Assembly: GCA_963666485.2 (NCBI GenBank)
Contig: CAXXUO010000001.1
Coordinates: forward strand, 1,056,001 to 1,120,000
Reading direction: 5' to 3'
Length of the DNA stretch: 64,000 bases
Source of the DNA: Syntrophorhabdaceae bacterium
GTDB lineage: Bacteria; Desulfobacterota; Syntrophorhabdia; Syntrophorhabdales; Syntrophorhabdaceae
Position 1 is the first letter of the stretch. Each line of letters begins with the position of its first letter. Under the pieces are notes generated by a model, which saw only the letters and a program-made list of their open reading frames with translations, was not told where the DNA came from and made no database searches. The translations under genes were made by a program, and so were the position numbers. Below, in pieces: positions 12,025 through 23,180 of this stretch.

Positions 12025-13188
12025 ATGGGAATGAGCAGGTTCTTGTTTACATCCGAATCGGTGGCCGAAGGTCACCCGGACAAGGTTTCCGACCAGATAT
12101 CGGATGCGGTTCTCGACGCGATAATTGCTGATGACCCAAAGGCCAGGGTGGCCTGTGAGACATATGTTACGACGGGCCTTGCGCTGGTTGGCGGCGAGAT
12201 CACGACGTCGAGTTATGTGAATGTCCCGGACATCGTCCGGCAGACTGTCAAGGAGATCGGGTATAACGATTCATCCATGGGTTTTGACTGGGAGACCTGT
12301 GCGGTACTCACGGCGATCGATGAGCAGTCCCCCGACATAGCGATGGGGGTCAATGAAACGGGCGACCACGAGCAGGGGGCAGGCGACCAGGGGCTCATGT
12401 TCGGGTATGCATGCAACGAAACGGCGGAATTCATGCCGATGTCCATCATGTACGCACACAAACTTATCAGGCGCCTCGCGGATGTCCGCAAGGACGGGAC
12501 GCTTCCGTATCTTCGTCCTGACGGCAAGAGCCAGGTGACGATCGAATATATCGACAGGCAGCCTGTCCGCGTGGATGCGGTCGTCATAGCGGCCCAGCAC
12601 AACCCGGACATAGCAACCGATAAATTGCGGGAAGCGGTTACGGAAGAAGTGATCAAGAAGATCATCCCCGCCGAGCTGATGGACGAGAAGACGAAGATAT
12701 TCATCAACTCGACAGGCCGGTTCGTTGTCGGGGGCCCGAAAGGCGACTGCGGCGTGACAGGACGGAAGATCATAGTCGATACATACGGCGGCGTTGGCAG
12801 CCACGGCGGAGGGGCCTTCTCCGGGAAAGACCCGTCAAAGGTCGACAGGAGCGCATCCTATATGGCGCGCTACATAGCCAAAAACCTCGTTGCGGCGGGC
12901 CTCGCGGACAGGCTGGAATTGCAGATAGCGTACACGATCGGTGTCGCGCAGCCGGTGTCCGTTATGATCGATACCCAGGGCACGTCGAAGATAAGCCCCG
13001 ACAAGATAGCCCAGATAGTCAACGATCTCTTCGATATGAGGCCGAGGAAGATAATCGAGAGACTCGACCTGTTAAGGCCGATCTATAAAAAGACAGCATG
13101 CGGCGGGCATTTCGGCAGGAACGATCCGGACTTTACCTGGGAAAAACTGGATATGGTAGAGGAGATCCGCAAGGCCGCCGGGATATAG
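12025..13188 (+). CDS. metK: S-adenosylmethionine synthetase
   Basis: [19 protein letters not shown] and GGGAFSGKD motifs. Confidence 0.98.
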   Translation: MGMSRFLFTSESVAEGHPDKVSDQISDAVLDAIIADDPKARVACETYVTTGLALVGGEITTSSYVNVPDIVRQTVKEIGYNDSSMGFDWETCAVLTAIDEQSPDIAMGVNETGDHEQGAGDQGLMFGYACNETAEFMPMSIMYAHKLIRRLADVRKDGTLPYLRPDGKSQVTIEYIDRQPVRVDAVVIAAQHNPDIATDKLREAVTEEVIKKIIPAELMDEKTKIFINSTGRFVVGGPKGDCGVTGRKIIVDTYGGVGSHGGGAFSGKDPSKVDRSASYMARYIAKNLVAAGLADRLELQIAYTIGVAQPVSVMIDTQGTSKISPDKIAQIVNDLFDMRPRKIIERLDLLRPIYKKTACGGHFGRNDPDFTWEKLDMVEEIRKAAGI

Positions 13189-13311
13189 TCCGGTTTAATC
13201 TTAGAGCGCTGACTTCGTTAGCTGCAGGGGCCCAAATCCTCAACGTACAGTAGTACGCCTCCGGTTTGGCCCCCTTTGCTGCCTCGCCATCATCTCTAAT
13301 CTTAAACCGGA
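13189..13311. repeat. 123 bp long-hairpin / MITE-like element
   Basis: Terminal IR TCCGGTTTAA-TC-TTAGAG / CTCTAA-TC-TTAAACCGGA (16/18), inner stems GGGGCCCAAA/TTTGGCCCCC and CGTAC-AGTA-GTACG. Confidence 0.7.
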
Positions 13312-13392
13312 AAAAAGATTGGAAACGGTCTCCGGTCTTAAAACTGCAATAAATGTTGGCGTAAATAAACCTGAAAAGGGAGGGATAGATAC

Positions 13393-14727
13393 ATGGCTAA
13401 AATTGATTATGATGTTAAGGATATGAAACTGGCGAATGCCGGGTTGGAGCGTATTGAGTGGGCGGAGCGGAGGATGCCGGTGCTGCGGCAGATCGCAAAG
13501 CGGTTCGCAAAGCAGAAACCGCTGAAAGGTGTCAGGATCGCATGCTGTCTCCATGTCACCACGGAAACGGCAAACCTCGTGAAGACGTTGAAGGCCGCAG
13601 GGGCGGACGTTGTGCTGTGCGCATCGAACCCTTTGAGCACACAGGACGATGTCGCGGCGGCAATTGTGAAACATTTCGGCATCCCGACCTTTTCGATCAA
13701 AGGCGAGACGGACAAGCAGTATTATGAACATATCATGAAGGCCTTGTCCTTCATGCCGAACATTACCATGGACGACGGTGCCGACCTTGTCGGGGCGCTC
13801 CATATGATCGCCTTCGACAGAACGGAAGGTCTGCACGATGTCATAAAAAAATGGGTAAAAAAGCTAGGCAAGAAAGAAAGGCAGGCGCTGGTGAGCGATG
13901 TTGTCGGGTCCATGGAAGAGACGACCACCGGGGTCATCCGTCTCAAAAGCATGGAGCTCGAGGGCGTCCTCCAGTTCCCGGTGGTGGCGGTCAATGACGC
14001 ACTGACAAAACATATGTTCGACAACCGCTACGGCACAGGCCAGAGCACGGTCGACGGCATCCTGCGCGCAACGAACATCCTCTTCGCAGGGGCCACGTTC
14101 GTTCTCGCCGGGTACGGCTGGTGCGGCAAAGGCGTGACCATGAGGGCAAAAGGGCTCGGCGCCCATGTCATCGTGACCGAGGTCGACCCGCTTCGCGCTC
14201 TCGAGGCTCACATGGACGGCTTCGAGGTGATGGAGATGGAGAAGGCGGCGGCCCTGGGCGATATATTCGTGACGACCACCGGCGACATCCATGTCATCCG
14301 CGAAGAACATTTCAAGAAAATGAAAGACGGCGCGATCGTCTGCAATTCCGGCCACTTCAATGTTGAGATACAGATCGAGGCGCTGGAGAAGATGAAAAAG
14401 GCGAAAAGGCGGATCCGCGGTTTTATTGATGAATACACCCTCAAGGACGGCAAAAAGATATTCCTTCTCGGCGAAGGCAGGCTTGTAAACCTGGCATGCG
14501 CGGAAGGCCACCCGTCCGACGTCATGGACATGAGCTTTGCAAACCAGGCGCTCTGCTCCGAGTATATGTGGAAGAACGCCAAGAAACTGGAGAAAAAGGT
14601 GTATTCCGTTCCCAAGGCGATCGACGAACAGGTGGCCTCGCTGAAGCTTGCGTCGGCCGGTGTTACCATTGATGACCTCACCGACGAACAGAAGAAATAC
14701 CTCGCATCATGGGAGATGGGAACATGA
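13393..14727 (+). CDS. ahcY: Adenosylhomocysteinase
   Basis: [50 protein letters not shown] and [14 protein letters not shown] motifs. Confidence 0.98.
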   Translation: MAKIDYDVKDMKLANAGLERIEWAERRMPVLRQIAKRFAKQKPLKGVRIACCLHVTTETANLVKTLKAAGADVVLCASNPLSTQDDVAAAIVKHFGIPTFSIKGETDKQYYEHIMKALSFMPNITMDDGADLVGALHMIAFDRTEGLHDVIKKWVKKLGKKERQALVSDVVGSMEETTTGVIRLKSMELEGVLQFPVVAVNDALTKHMFDNRYGTGQSTVDGILRATNILFAGATFVLAGYGWCGKGVTMRAKGLGAHVIVTEVDPLRALEAHMDGFEVMEMEKAAALGDIFVTTTGDIHVIREEHFKKMKDGAIVCNSGHFNVEIQIEALEKMKKAKRRIRGFIDEYTLKDGKKIFLLGEGRLVNLACAEGHPSDVMDMSFANQALCSEYMWKNAKKLEKKVYSVPKAIDEQVASLKLASAGVTIDDLTDEQKKYLASWEMGT

Positions 14728-15641
14728 TCAAGCTTTGCGTCGCAGGGACCGTGGCGTATGACTCGATAGAAACGCCGTTCGGGAAGGCCGAGAACGTCCT
14801 GGGAGGCTCGGCGCTGCATTTTACGAACGCGGCCAGTTTTTTCACAGACGTGGGGATTGTGGCCACGGTCGGCAGCGACTTTGATCTGGACGGGATATCG
14901 TTCCTGAAGGACCGCAGTGTGGACTTCTCCGGTATCGAGGTGGACAGCGGCAAGACCTTTCGCTGGGAGGGCAGGTACGGGTATGACCTCAACCAGGCCA
15001 TAACCCTCAAGACCGAGCTCAACGTTATTGAGACCTTCAGGCCCAAAGTGCCGGAAGATTACAGGGCCGCCGATTTTCTTTTCCTGGCCAACATAGACCC
15101 CGAACTGCAGCTCTACGTCATCGACCAGGTGAAAAAACCGGTCGCCCTCGTTCTTGACACGATGAACTTCTGGATCGAGAACAAGCTCGATGCGCTCATG
15201 GAGGTCATACGGCGGGTTGACATGCTCGTCATCAACGAGGCGGAGCTGCGCGAGATAACGAAGGAGCACAACCTCCTGAAAGGCGCCCGGAAACTGATCG
15301 AAATGGGCCCGACATGCGTAGTTGCCAAGCGCGGCGAGTACGGGGTTTTCATGATGAACCGTGACGAGGTGTTCCTGGCCCCGGCATTCCCGTTAGAGGA
15401 CGTCTTCGACCCGACCGGCGCGGGAGATACTTTTGCCGGCGGTTTCATGGGATACCTTGCCAATGTCGGTGAGGCCACATCCGAAACGGTCAAGCAGGCG
15501 ATCATCATGGGTACCGTCATGGCATCCTTCAACGTCGAAGATTTCAGCATCAACAGGATCAAAAGACTGACAATGCCGGAGATAAAAAAAAGATATCATG
15601 CGCTGAAAAGCTGTATGCAGTTCGGTGAAATAGGCTTCTAA
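14724..15641 (+). CDS. PfkB/ribokinase-family kinase (candidate nucleoside/adenosine kinase)
   Basis: LGGSA, INEAE and [12 protein letters not shown] motifs; ATGA overlap with ahcY. Confidence 0.88.
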   Translation: MIKLCVAGTVAYDSIETPFGKAENVLGGSALHFTNAASFFTDVGIVATVGSDFDLDGISFLKDRSVDFSGIEVDSGKTFRWEGRYGYDLNQAITLKTELNVIETFRPKVPEDYRAADFLFLANIDPELQLYVIDQVKKPVALVLDTMNFWIENKLDALMEVIRRVDMLVINEAELREITKEHNLLKGARKLIEMGPTCVVAKRGEYGVFMMNRDEVFLAPAFPLEDVFDPTGAGDTFAGGFMGYLANVGEATSETVKQAIIMGTVMASFNVEDFSINRIKRLTMPEIKKRYHALKSCMQFGEIGF

Positions 15642-15642
15642 A

Positions 15643-15695
15643 AGTTCAAGGTTCAAGGTTAAAAAGGTTTTGCTTTGAACCTTGAACCTTGAACC
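15643..15695. repeat. Palindromic heptamer repeat between convergent genes (possible bidirectional terminator)
   Basis: AGTTCAA-GGTTCAA-GGTTAAA at 15643-15663 versus TTGAACC x3 at 15675-15695. Confidence 0.85.
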
Positions 15696-15698
15696 CCT

Positions 15699-18600
15699 TC
15701 ATCTGTCCAGTATATCCCGCACCTTCTGAAGAAGCGCATCGATGGTGAGGGGTTTCGGGAGAAAATCATATTCTTTGTCTTCTATGCCTTTGTCCAGGAT
15801 GATGTCTTTCGTATAACCGCTGATGAATAACGCCCTGATGCCCGGTTCTTCGTTCTTTATCTCGTTGAGGACCTCCCTGCCGTTCTTTCCCGGCATGACC
15901 GAGTCCAGGATGACGAGGTCGGGGTGCCGAAATTTTTTGAATTTATCGACCGCATCGTCCCCGTCCATTGCCTCGACGATAGTATATCCGTACTGCTCCA
16001 GCACCTCGCGAATAAAGCCCCTTACCCCGTCGTCATCCTCTGCAACGAGTATCGTCTCATTTCCCCGGCTGGCGGGGGCAGGCGAAGGGCCTTCCTTTCC
16101 GGCTGTTTTCCCCGCGACCGGGAGATAGAGGGAAAATACGGTGCCCTGCCCCGGCACGCTGTCCACCGTGATGTGCCCGTTATGCTGTTTCACGATCCCG
16201 TAGACGGTCGCAAGGCCGAGCCCGGTGCCCTTTCCGATCTCTTTGGTCGTGAAGAACGGATCGAATATTTTCTCCCGGGTTTCTTTATCCATCCCCTGCC
16301 CGGAATCACATACCCTGAGCAGCACGTAGGGCCCTGGTTTGCCGAAGCCGTAAGCCTTCGCGAACCCTTCGTCCAGCTCAACGGTATCCGTTTCTATCAC
16401 AAGTGTGCCGCCGCGGGGCATGGCATCGCGCGCGTTGGCTGCGAGGTTGAAAAGTATCTGGTCCATCTGCGTTCTGTCCGCCATGGCGACGCAACTATCC
16501 TGAGCAAATGACGTGCGCAACTCTATGTCCTCGGTGAGAAGCCTCTTGAGAAGCTTTTTTGAATCCTCGATCGTCTTGTTGATGTCGAGAGGAGCAAGGC
16601 TCACGGCCTGCTGACGACTAAAGGCAAGCAGGTTCTTTGTAAGGTCGGCCGCCTTGATTGACGCTAACATTATTTGCTCGATATAGGGCCGAAGAGGGTT
16701 CGAAGATTCAATTTTCATTTGCAGGAGGCCCGCATATCCCATGAGACTTGTGAGGATGTTGTTGAAATCGTGGGCTATTCCTCCTGCGAGAGTGCCGATC
16801 GCCTCCATTTTCTGGGCCTGCAGCAGCTGCGATTCAAGGCTCTTCAATTCGGTGATATCTTCACAGGTCATCAGGTAATCGCCCGAAGCAAGGAGCGAAG
16901 GTATGAAGCTGATTATCTTCCGCCGGTCGTCCTTGCACGACACCGTGAAAATCCGGGGCTTCCGTTCCCCGGGAAGAGCGTCCTTCATGTCTTCGACCCA
17001 CGTTGCTATAACTGAACGCCTGTATTCCGGATCGGGGTAGGCCAGGCGGAACCATGACCTGCCGTCACAGATCTCGGAAAGATCATATCCGAAAAGTTCC
17101 CCGAAACGGGTATTTATGTAGGTAAAGCGGCCTGCCCTGTCAATGAGCGCCATACCGAACGGTGCATTGTCCGAAAGCGTCTTGAGCTTTTCGCGTTCCC
17201 GCATTATCTCGTATTCGGCATTTTTACGCTCCGTAATGTTTTGAAATGTACCCATGACGTAGGAACGCGTGCCTTCTATGACGGGAGCAAGGCCCCGTAC
17301 TTCTGCCCATATTTTGCCGCCGCCCCAGGTCCTGGCCATGCATTCCACCTTGAAGGGCCTGCCTGTGCGGAGGCATTCTGCAACCTCTTTCTGTATGACA
17401 GGAATATACTCCGGATCGTAAAACTCGAGCCCTTCCCCAAGGCCCGGCGTGTAACCGGCGGGTATCTCGAGCGTCTCATAGACGCCGCTTGTCCATTCAA
17501 GGTAGTCGGTATGCGGATTCGCTTTCCAGCCCCCGAGCCGGGCTATTCTCTGTATCTCCTCGAGGAAGATGTCCTTTTCCCTGAGAACCTGCTCCGCCTT
17601 TTTCCGGTCGGTTATATCGTGAAAAATGACGATCCCTGCCCGGATGTTCCCGTCCAGGCCGCGCACGGGCGCGGCGTTCGCGAAGACCCAGCGCTGCTCC
17701 CCGTTCTCGTGGCGAATAATGAGCTCCTCGTTGCGCGATACTTCACCTTTCATTATCGCTCTCGACAGGGGCAGCTCCTCCGGCGGCATCGGCGTACCGT
17801 CACAGCGGTATGCGTTCCATTTCAGCGAATGCTCCTCCATGGCGATATCGGTCAGGCTCTGCGAATCTCCTCCGCGTATGGATAGTGCGGCGGTGTTGGC
17901 GATACGGATAGTTACGTCCGGTGCATCGGCGATCAGGATCCCCGAAGGAGATTGTTCAACCGCCACCTCGAGCAGGCCCCGCATTTCCCTGAGGGCATCT
18001 TCCGCGTTTTTCCTGTCCGTAATGTCGTTGACGGTGCCTTCATAATAGAGGACGCTGCCTTCCGAGTCCCGGACGGCCCGGGCATTTATCGACGCCCATA
18101 CGCGGCTGCCGTCCTTCTTCAACAACCCGGTCTCGAACCCGCTGATCACTCCCCGTTCATCGACCGCCTGCCTGAAAAAGTCACGGGCCCGGGGATCGGC
18201 GTAATGCTGGCTGCCGATATCCGTATAATATCCGATAAGATCGTCCGGGGCATCAAAACCACAGATCCTGGCGAGCGCCGGGTTAACGGAGATAAACCTG
18301 CCGCCGGGTGTCGTCTGAAAGATACCCTCCACGGCGTTTTCAAAAAGGGAGCGGTATTTGGCCTCGCTGATCCTGAGAGAATCCTCGGTTTTCTTCCGTT
18401 CGGTTATATCGTGGGCCACTGACAGGAACCAGGTCTGGCCGGCGATCTCGACAAGCCGTCCGGAAAAGATGATCCGTCTCGTCTCGCCGGACTTTATTTT
18501 GAAGGTCAGTTCCTCATCAGCGGCAAAACCTTTGTCCCGCAGCCGCTCGAGGATCTTTTTCCTCTCTGCGTCATCGGTCCAGAAACCCAGCTCTGTCGTC

Positions 18601-18845
18601 GTGTGCCCGAGAAGTTCGTCCCGGGAATAACCGGACCACGATGTAAATGCCTGATTTATATCGATAAGGCGGCCGTTCGCGAGGTCCGTTATGGCCATCG
18701 GGTCGGGGACGAGGTCGAAAATGACATGGTAGAGCTGATGGTTGTTCACGGGGGGCCTTGTTGCATCCCGGGATAACTCGACGGACGCGTCGCCGCGACG
18801 CCCTTCGGCGGCAGGTGTGTCTCGGGTGAAGGGTTCTTTTTCCAT
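15699..18845 (-). CDS. Multi-PAS hybrid sensor histidine kinase (about 5 PAS-HisKA-HATPase-REC)
   Basis: Repeated PAS/PAC ends (DITERK), H-box [31 protein letters not shown], and a C-terminal REC domain. Confidence 0.93.
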   Translation of the reverse strand: MEKEPFTRDTPAAEGRRGDASVELSRDATRPPVNNHQLYHVIFDLVPDPMAITDLANGRLIDINQAFTSWSGYSRDELLGHTTTELGFWTDDAERKKILERLRDKGFAADEELTFKIKSGETRRIIFSGRLVEIAGQTWFLSVAHDITERKKTEDSLRISEAKYRSLFENAVEGIFQTTPGGRFISVNPALARICGFDAPDDLIGYYTDIGSQHYADPRARDFFRQAVDERGVISGFETGLLKKDGSRVWASINARAVRDSEGSVLYYEGTVNDITDRKNAEDALREMRGLLEVAVEQSPSGILIADAPDVTIRIANTAALSIRGGDSQSLTDIAMEEHSLKWNAYRCDGTPMPPEELPLSRAIMKGEVSRNEELIIRHENGEQRWVFANAAPVRGLDGNIRAGIVIFHDITDRKKAEQVLREKDIFLEEIQRIARLGGWKANPHTDYLEWTSGVYETLEIPAGYTPGLGEGLEFYDPEYIPVIQKEVAECLRTGRPFKVECMARTWGGGKIWAEVRGLAPVIEGTRSYVMGTFQNITERKNAEYEIMREREKLKTLSDNAPFGMALIDRAGRFTYINTRFGELFGYDLSEICDGRSWFRLAYPDPEYRRSVIATWVEDMKDALPGERKPRIFTVSCKDDRRKIISFIPSLLASGDYLMTCEDITELKSLESQLLQAQKMEAIGTLAGGIAHDFNNILTSLMGYAGLLQMKIESSNPLRPYIEQIMLASIKAADLTKNLLAFSRQQAVSLAPLDINKTIEDSKKLLKRLLTEDIELRTSFAQDSCVAMADRTQMDQILFNLAANARDAMPRGGTLVIETDTVELDEGFAKAYGFGKPGPYVLLRVCDSGQGMDKETREKIFDPFFTTKEIGKGTGLGLATVYGIVKQHNGHITVDSVPGQGTVFSLYLPVAGKTAGKEGPSPAPASRGNETILVAEDDDGVRGFIREVLEQYGYTIVEAMDGDDAVDKFKKFRHPDLVILDSVMPGKNGREVLNEIKNEEPGIRALFISGYTKDIILDKGIEDKEYDFLPKPLTIDALLQKVRDILDR

Positions 18846-18964
18846 TCGGTCCCTCCCGGAAAACTGTTAGAACACCGGATACGATGTTCGACAATAGTAT
18901 ATCAGCATATACATGCTGTCAAATGCATTTCTTCTTTCGCGCGGGAAACTTTTCCGATACAATA

Positions 18965-19993
18965 ATGGCTGTGAAGAACCTGGAACCTCTGCTCAAGAGC
19001 CTTTTTGTGCCATCCATTGTGGCCGCATCCGTCATCGTAACACTTTTGATCGTTCGGGGCGTCATCGTGCATTTCCTGAAAAAGTGGACGGCCCGCTCCG
19101 GATCATCGGCGCAGGCTGGCATCCTCGGATCGTTCAAGGTCCCCTCGATCTTCTGGTGCGTTGCTATCGGGCTTTATTTTGCTGTCGAATTCTCCGACCT
19201 GCCGCGACGATATGTCGTCATCACCGACCGTACGATCTCCATATTGCTCATTTTTTCCGTGACGGTGGCTATCGCCAACCTTGCTGTCAGGGCATTCGAG
19301 AGTTATGCCCAGCGTTCCGACATCAACGTGCCGGCAACGGGCATCATTCTCGGGGTTTTCAAAGCGACGATCATTATTGCCGGCATCCTTGTCATACTCA
19401 ATTATCTCGGGATATCCATCGCTCCTTTGCTCACGGCCCTCGGCGTGGGGGGACTTGCGGTCGCGCTTGCCCTCAAAGACACGCTCTCGAACCTCTTTGC
19501 CGGTCTCCATATCATCGCATCGAAACAGCTGCGCCCGGGCGATTACATCAGGCTCAATTCCGGAGAAGAAGGCACCGTGACCGATATAACATGGCGGTCG
19601 ACCACGATCACCTCCCCCGCCCATAACATTATTATCGTGCCGAATGCCCATATCGCATCGGTGATCATCACGAACTATGATTTTCCGGGCCGGCAGATGG
19701 CCTTAAGCGTGCAGTTGTCGGTCCACCCTTCAGCCGACCTCGACCGGGTCGAGGCAGTAACCCGGGACGCTACCAAGGCCGTTATAAATGAAATGCCCGG
19801 GGTCATCGCCGATGAAGAGCCCTCGGTACGGTTCAACGCATACAATGAGACAGGCATCGGCTTTTCGGTCACGGTCACGGTCAGCGATTCCCGTTCCCTT
19901 TATATCGTGCGCCACAACCTGATAAAAACCCTTCAAAAAAGGTATGTTGCAGAAGGGTTGCCCGTTGCGCAGCCGGCCCTCCAGAATGCGTGA
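18965..19993 (+). CDS. Small-conductance mechanosensitive channel (MscS family)
   Basis: TM helices, LGVGGLAVALALKDTLSNLFAG, RPGDYI and ITWRSTTI...IIVPN motifs; start set at ATG 18965. Confidence 0.9.
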   Translation: MAVKNLEPLLKSLFVPSIVAASVIVTLLIVRGVIVHFLKKWTARSGSSAQAGILGSFKVPSIFWCVAIGLYFAVEFSDLPRRYVVITDRTISILLIFSVTVAIANLAVRAFESYAQRSDINVPATGIILGVFKATIIIAGILVILNYLGISIAPLLTALGVGGLAVALALKDTLSNLFAGLHIIASKQLRPGDYIRLNSGEEGTVTDITWRSTTITSPAHNIIIVPNAHIASVIITNYDFPGRQMALSVQLSVHPSADLDRVEAVTRDATKAVINEMPGVIADEEPSVRFNAYNETGIGFSVTVTVSDSRSLYIVRHNLIKTLQKRYVAEGLPVAQPALQNA

Positions 19994-20867
19994 TAGCCGT
20001 GATGAGGTCCTCGTTGTCCATCTCGGGGGCCTCGGCGATATATGTCTCGCCGAATCAGCGTTTTTGTCCTTGCGAAGGCATTTCGGCACATGCCTCGCCG
20101 GACTCGGCAACCGCCGCTTTTTCGACCTGTTCAGCACGTATTTCACAAAGATCCACGGGGTAGAGTCGCGACACTGGCTTTATCTCTTTTCGGAACGGTT
20201 GACCGGCCCCGATTTCAGGCGGATCGTCTTCATTGGCAAGGACAGGCAGGGAAGTATCAGGGGGCGCTGGGCATCGTATTCCCGGGAAGAATTGGTATTC
20301 ATCGACATGTACCCCGAAGGTGCGTTCCCGGACCCCGGGGTGGATGCGGCACCGCCGCACGAGCCGGTGCATATCGAGGATTACCAGCTGCGGCAGCTTG
20401 AGGCGTTCGGGATCGGACCGCAGGCGGCCTGGCTTGGGGAGCCTCGTCCGGGTCCCGTGATCCTGTACCCGGAAAAGGGGTTCACGAAGGGAAAATGGCC
20501 GCGGGAAAATTTTCTTGCCGTGCGCGAGCGCCTGGAACGGGACGGGATTGACACGGTGGTCTTGAGGCCCGCCGATGTCGACTTCCCCGGGGAAACTGTT
20601 GTGATTGAGGAACTGGGCAAGGTTAAGGAGTTCTTTTCCTCGGGCGGCACCTTTGTGTCGAATGACTCCGGAATGGCCCACCTTGCGGGCGCGTGCGGGC
20701 TTATGACAATTACGGTCTTTACCGATTTCGATCCCGCGGTATGGCACCCGCGCGGACGGAACATTTCCCTCAAGACGGGTAGCGATGACGTAAGCCCCGA
20801 GGCGATAACCCGGGTGATCAAGGCCCTTACTTCTTCTTCGGCTCCATGCTGGCAAGAAGGCGCATGA
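19986..20867 (+). CDS. Glycosyltransferase family 9 (heptosyltransferase-like)
   Basis: HLGGLGD, KWPRENF and SNDSGMAHLAGACG...WHP motifs. Confidence 0.8.
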   Translation: MRDSRDEVLVVHLGGLGDICLAESAFLSLRRHFGTCLAGLGNRRFFDLFSTYFTKIHGVESRHWLYLFSERLTGPDFRRIVFIGKDRQGSIRGRWASYSREELVFIDMYPEGAFPDPGVDAAPPHEPVHIEDYQLRQLEAFGIGPQAAWLGEPRPGPVILYPEKGFTKGKWPRENFLAVRERLERDGIDTVVLRPADVDFPGETVVIEELGKVKEFFSSGGTFVSNDSGMAHLAGACGLMTITVFTDFDPAVWHPRGRNISLKTGSDDVSPEAITRVIKALTSSSAPCWQEGA

Positions 20868-22152
20868 TCTCCACACCCTGCCGGGAATTGATGCCGTAAC
20901 GGGAAACGGCCTTTTCAAAATTGGTTTTAGCAAGCATATAGTTGCCTTTGCTCATATAATAAAATCCAAGGTACATATGGCCTGCCCCTTCGTCCCCTGT
21001 TCGTCCCTGGACCATTCCCAGGCGGTAATATATATCGGGATAGACCGGCGCGTACGGGAGCAGGGAGGTATACGTGGCGACCGCCAGGTCGTTACGGCCC
21101 ATTCCTTCATAGGCCCGTGCGAGATAATACTTTCCCACCTTCTCATGAACATCCTTGAGGACCTCGACTGCCTCGGGGAAGCGGTTGGCAGAGATCAATA
21201 TCTCGCCAAGGAAAAGGTCCCTGTACGGGGAAGGGTTTGACCGTGCTATCTGAAGTGCTTTCTCGAAATCCCCTTTAAATGAGTAGTAAAGCGACGCCCC
21301 GTATGCCGCTACGGGGTCATTGCCATTCTGGGCATAGCGTTTTACCCATATATCGTCAACGAGGCCGGAGACCTTGTAATTCTGAAGCGCCCGTGCCCGC
21401 GCGATCACGTAAGGGAAAAGGGTCGTTTCTTTCGATGGCGGCTGCCTCTTCCACGTGGATTCGAGCGCTATGATACGGCTTTCATGGTACGGGTGCGTGA
21501 GCAGGTACTGGGGATAAAGCTTGTCGCCCCCGCCGGACCGAAGCTTCCTGAGAAAGTCCGCGGTCCCGAGCGCCCCGTACCCTGCGTCGTTTGCAAGGAT
21601 AGCACCTTCCCTGTCCGCGTCCTCCTCGTCTTCGCGCGAATATTTCAATGCGGCTGCCTGTGCCCCGCCCATCCCCAATGCGAGGATAGCGCCCCGTGCC
21701 GCATCGCCGGCAAGGAGGGCCGCCAGCAGGGTGGCCACCATGGTTGCAGTGAAGTATTTCTCCTTTTCGGCACGCCTGGCAATATGTCTTCTCTTGATAT
21801 GAGAGAACTCGTGGGCCATGACGCCCGCAACTTCTTCTTCATTGTCACTGTTTGCAATAAGCCCTGATGCGATATAGACGTAGCCCCCTGGGGTCGCAAA
21901 AGCGTTGATCTCGGGGGAATCAATAACAGTAACAACCATCGGGAACGGCATTATCGTTTTGCTCTCGAGCCGTAACCGCATATCGTTAATGGCGAATGTT
22001 ATGTAGGGATCGGTATTTACCGGGACAGCCTGTGAGATCTGGGCGTATATCTCTTTGCCGTACTTGATTTCTTCCTCATTGGTAAGCGCCTGTACAGGTA
22101 CGGATGTGGCGATAAAGGCAAGTATCACGATAATGGTGAAGCACTTTTTCAT
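20827..22152 (-). CDS. M48 family metalloprotease with TPR repeats (BepA/YfgC-like)
   Basis: Signal peptide, INAFATPGG, AHEFSH (HExxH), YSREDEEDAD, LLTHP motifs and a TPR-like C-terminus. Confidence 0.9.
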   Translation of the reverse strand: MKKCFTIIVILAFIATSVPVQALTNEEEIKYGKEIYAQISQAVPVNTDPYITFAINDMRLRLESKTIMPFPMVVTVIDSPEINAFATPGGYVYIASGLIANSDNEEEVAGVMAHEFSHIKRRHIARRAEKEKYFTATMVATLLAALLAGDAARGAILALGMGGAQAAALKYSREDEEDADREGAILANDAGYGALGTADFLRKLRSGGGDKLYPQYLLTHPYHESRIIALESTWKRQPPSKETTLFPYVIARARALQNYKVSGLVDDIWVKRYAQNGNDPVAAYGASLYYSFKGDFEKALQIARSNPSPYRDLFLGEILISANRFPEAVEVLKDVHEKVGKYYLARAYEGMGRNDLAVATYTSLLPYAPVYPDIYYRLGMVQGRTGDEGAGHMYLGFYYMSKGNYMLAKTNFEKAVSRYGINSRQGVEIMRLLASMEPKKK

Positions 22153-23097
22153 TTATTTTTTTGCGTATTTTTTATTGGTTTTGCCCGTGCGGCGCTTTGT
22201 GACCTTCTTGGAAGAGGATGATTTTTTCTTCTGTGCAACGGTAGAGGAGTATGATACCCGTGAAGCCTTTGCGAGGCGGAGCTGTTCCTCCGTCGGCACG
22301 TCGTCGTAAATCGTTTTCAATATCTCGACGCTGTCTTTCCAGAGGCTGCGGCTTCCGAGCATTGCAAGGATGTACACCTTGCCGTTCTTTTCGAAAGCGC
22401 CCACGTACGTATGGCGTGCTGCGCGGGTGTATCCCGTTTTCCCGCCGATAGCGGGCTCGAAACAAAAGAGCAGCCTGTTATGGTTCTTGTACCGGATCTT
22501 GCGTGTGCTGTCCTCGAACGTGAAATACCGGGTTTGGACGAGGTCGATGAACCGCTCGTTCGTAAGCGCCTGACGGAAGATGAGGGCGAGATCATACGAG
22601 CTTGAGAATTGATTGTCGGAAGGAAGGCCTGACGCGTTGACAAAATTGGTATCGAGCGCCCCGAGGTCCCGCGCCCTTTCCGTCATGATGCGGGCGAAGG
22701 CGCTCTCCGACCCCGCGATAAACGTGGCGATCGTATACGCTGCATCGTTTGCCGATTCCACCATTGTACCCGTCATGAGATCATAGGACCGGTATTTTTT
22801 GCCGGGGACGAGATTCATCTTGGAGCGGGGTATGGCCGTTACGTTCTTGTCGGCAACGATCGCCTCCTCTCCGCTTAAGCGCTCGAGCGCGATCATTGTT
22901 GTCATGACCTTGGTCGTGCTCGCCGGGGGAAGCCGTCGGTGATAGTCTTTTCCCGTGATGACGCGGAAGGTGTCCTTCTCGACGAGGATATAGGACGCTG
23001 CCGTGATGCCCCCGTTGGAGCCATTTTCAACTGCCGGAAGGACATGGGGGGTGAAGATCAACGCAAGGAAAAATACAAGGAGTGAGCCCAGGCGCAT
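22153..23097 (-). CDS. D-alanyl-D-alanine carboxypeptidase (peptidase S11)
   Basis: PASTTK (SxxK), SAN (SxN) and KTG motifs; signal peptide; Lys-rich tail. Confidence 0.92.
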   Translation of the reverse strand: MRLGSLLVFFLALIFTPHVLPAVENGSNGGITAASYILVEKDTFRVITGKDYHRRLPPASTTKVMTTMIALERLSGEEAIVADKNVTAIPRSKMNLVPGKKYRSYDLMTGTMVESANDAAYTIATFIAGSESAFARIMTERARDLGALDTNFVNASGLPSDNQFSSSYDLALIFRQALTNERFIDLVQTRYFTFEDSTRKIRYKNHNRLLFCFEPAIGGKTGYTRAARHTYVGAFEKNGKVYILAMLGSRSLWKDSVEILKTIYDDVPTEEQLRLAKASRVSYSSTVAQKKKSSSSKKVTKRRTGKTNKKYAKK

Positions 23098-23180
23098 CGT
23101 GGCTTATTTATACACTATTTGAAGCCCCGATACAAGAAATACGGCAGATAAGCCGCACATCTTTTTTCATACAGGACGCA

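Noticed and set aside
13201..13260. GAGCGCTG upstream of ahcY resembling the SAH riboswitch core
   Set aside because: I could not find the downstream CAGGCTC-type element, and the motif lies inside a longer terminal-IR hairpin. It is not called without an Rfam search.
20827..20867. 41 bp convergent overlap of the GT9 and M48 genes
   Set aside because: Short 3' overlaps are common, and there is no further signal.
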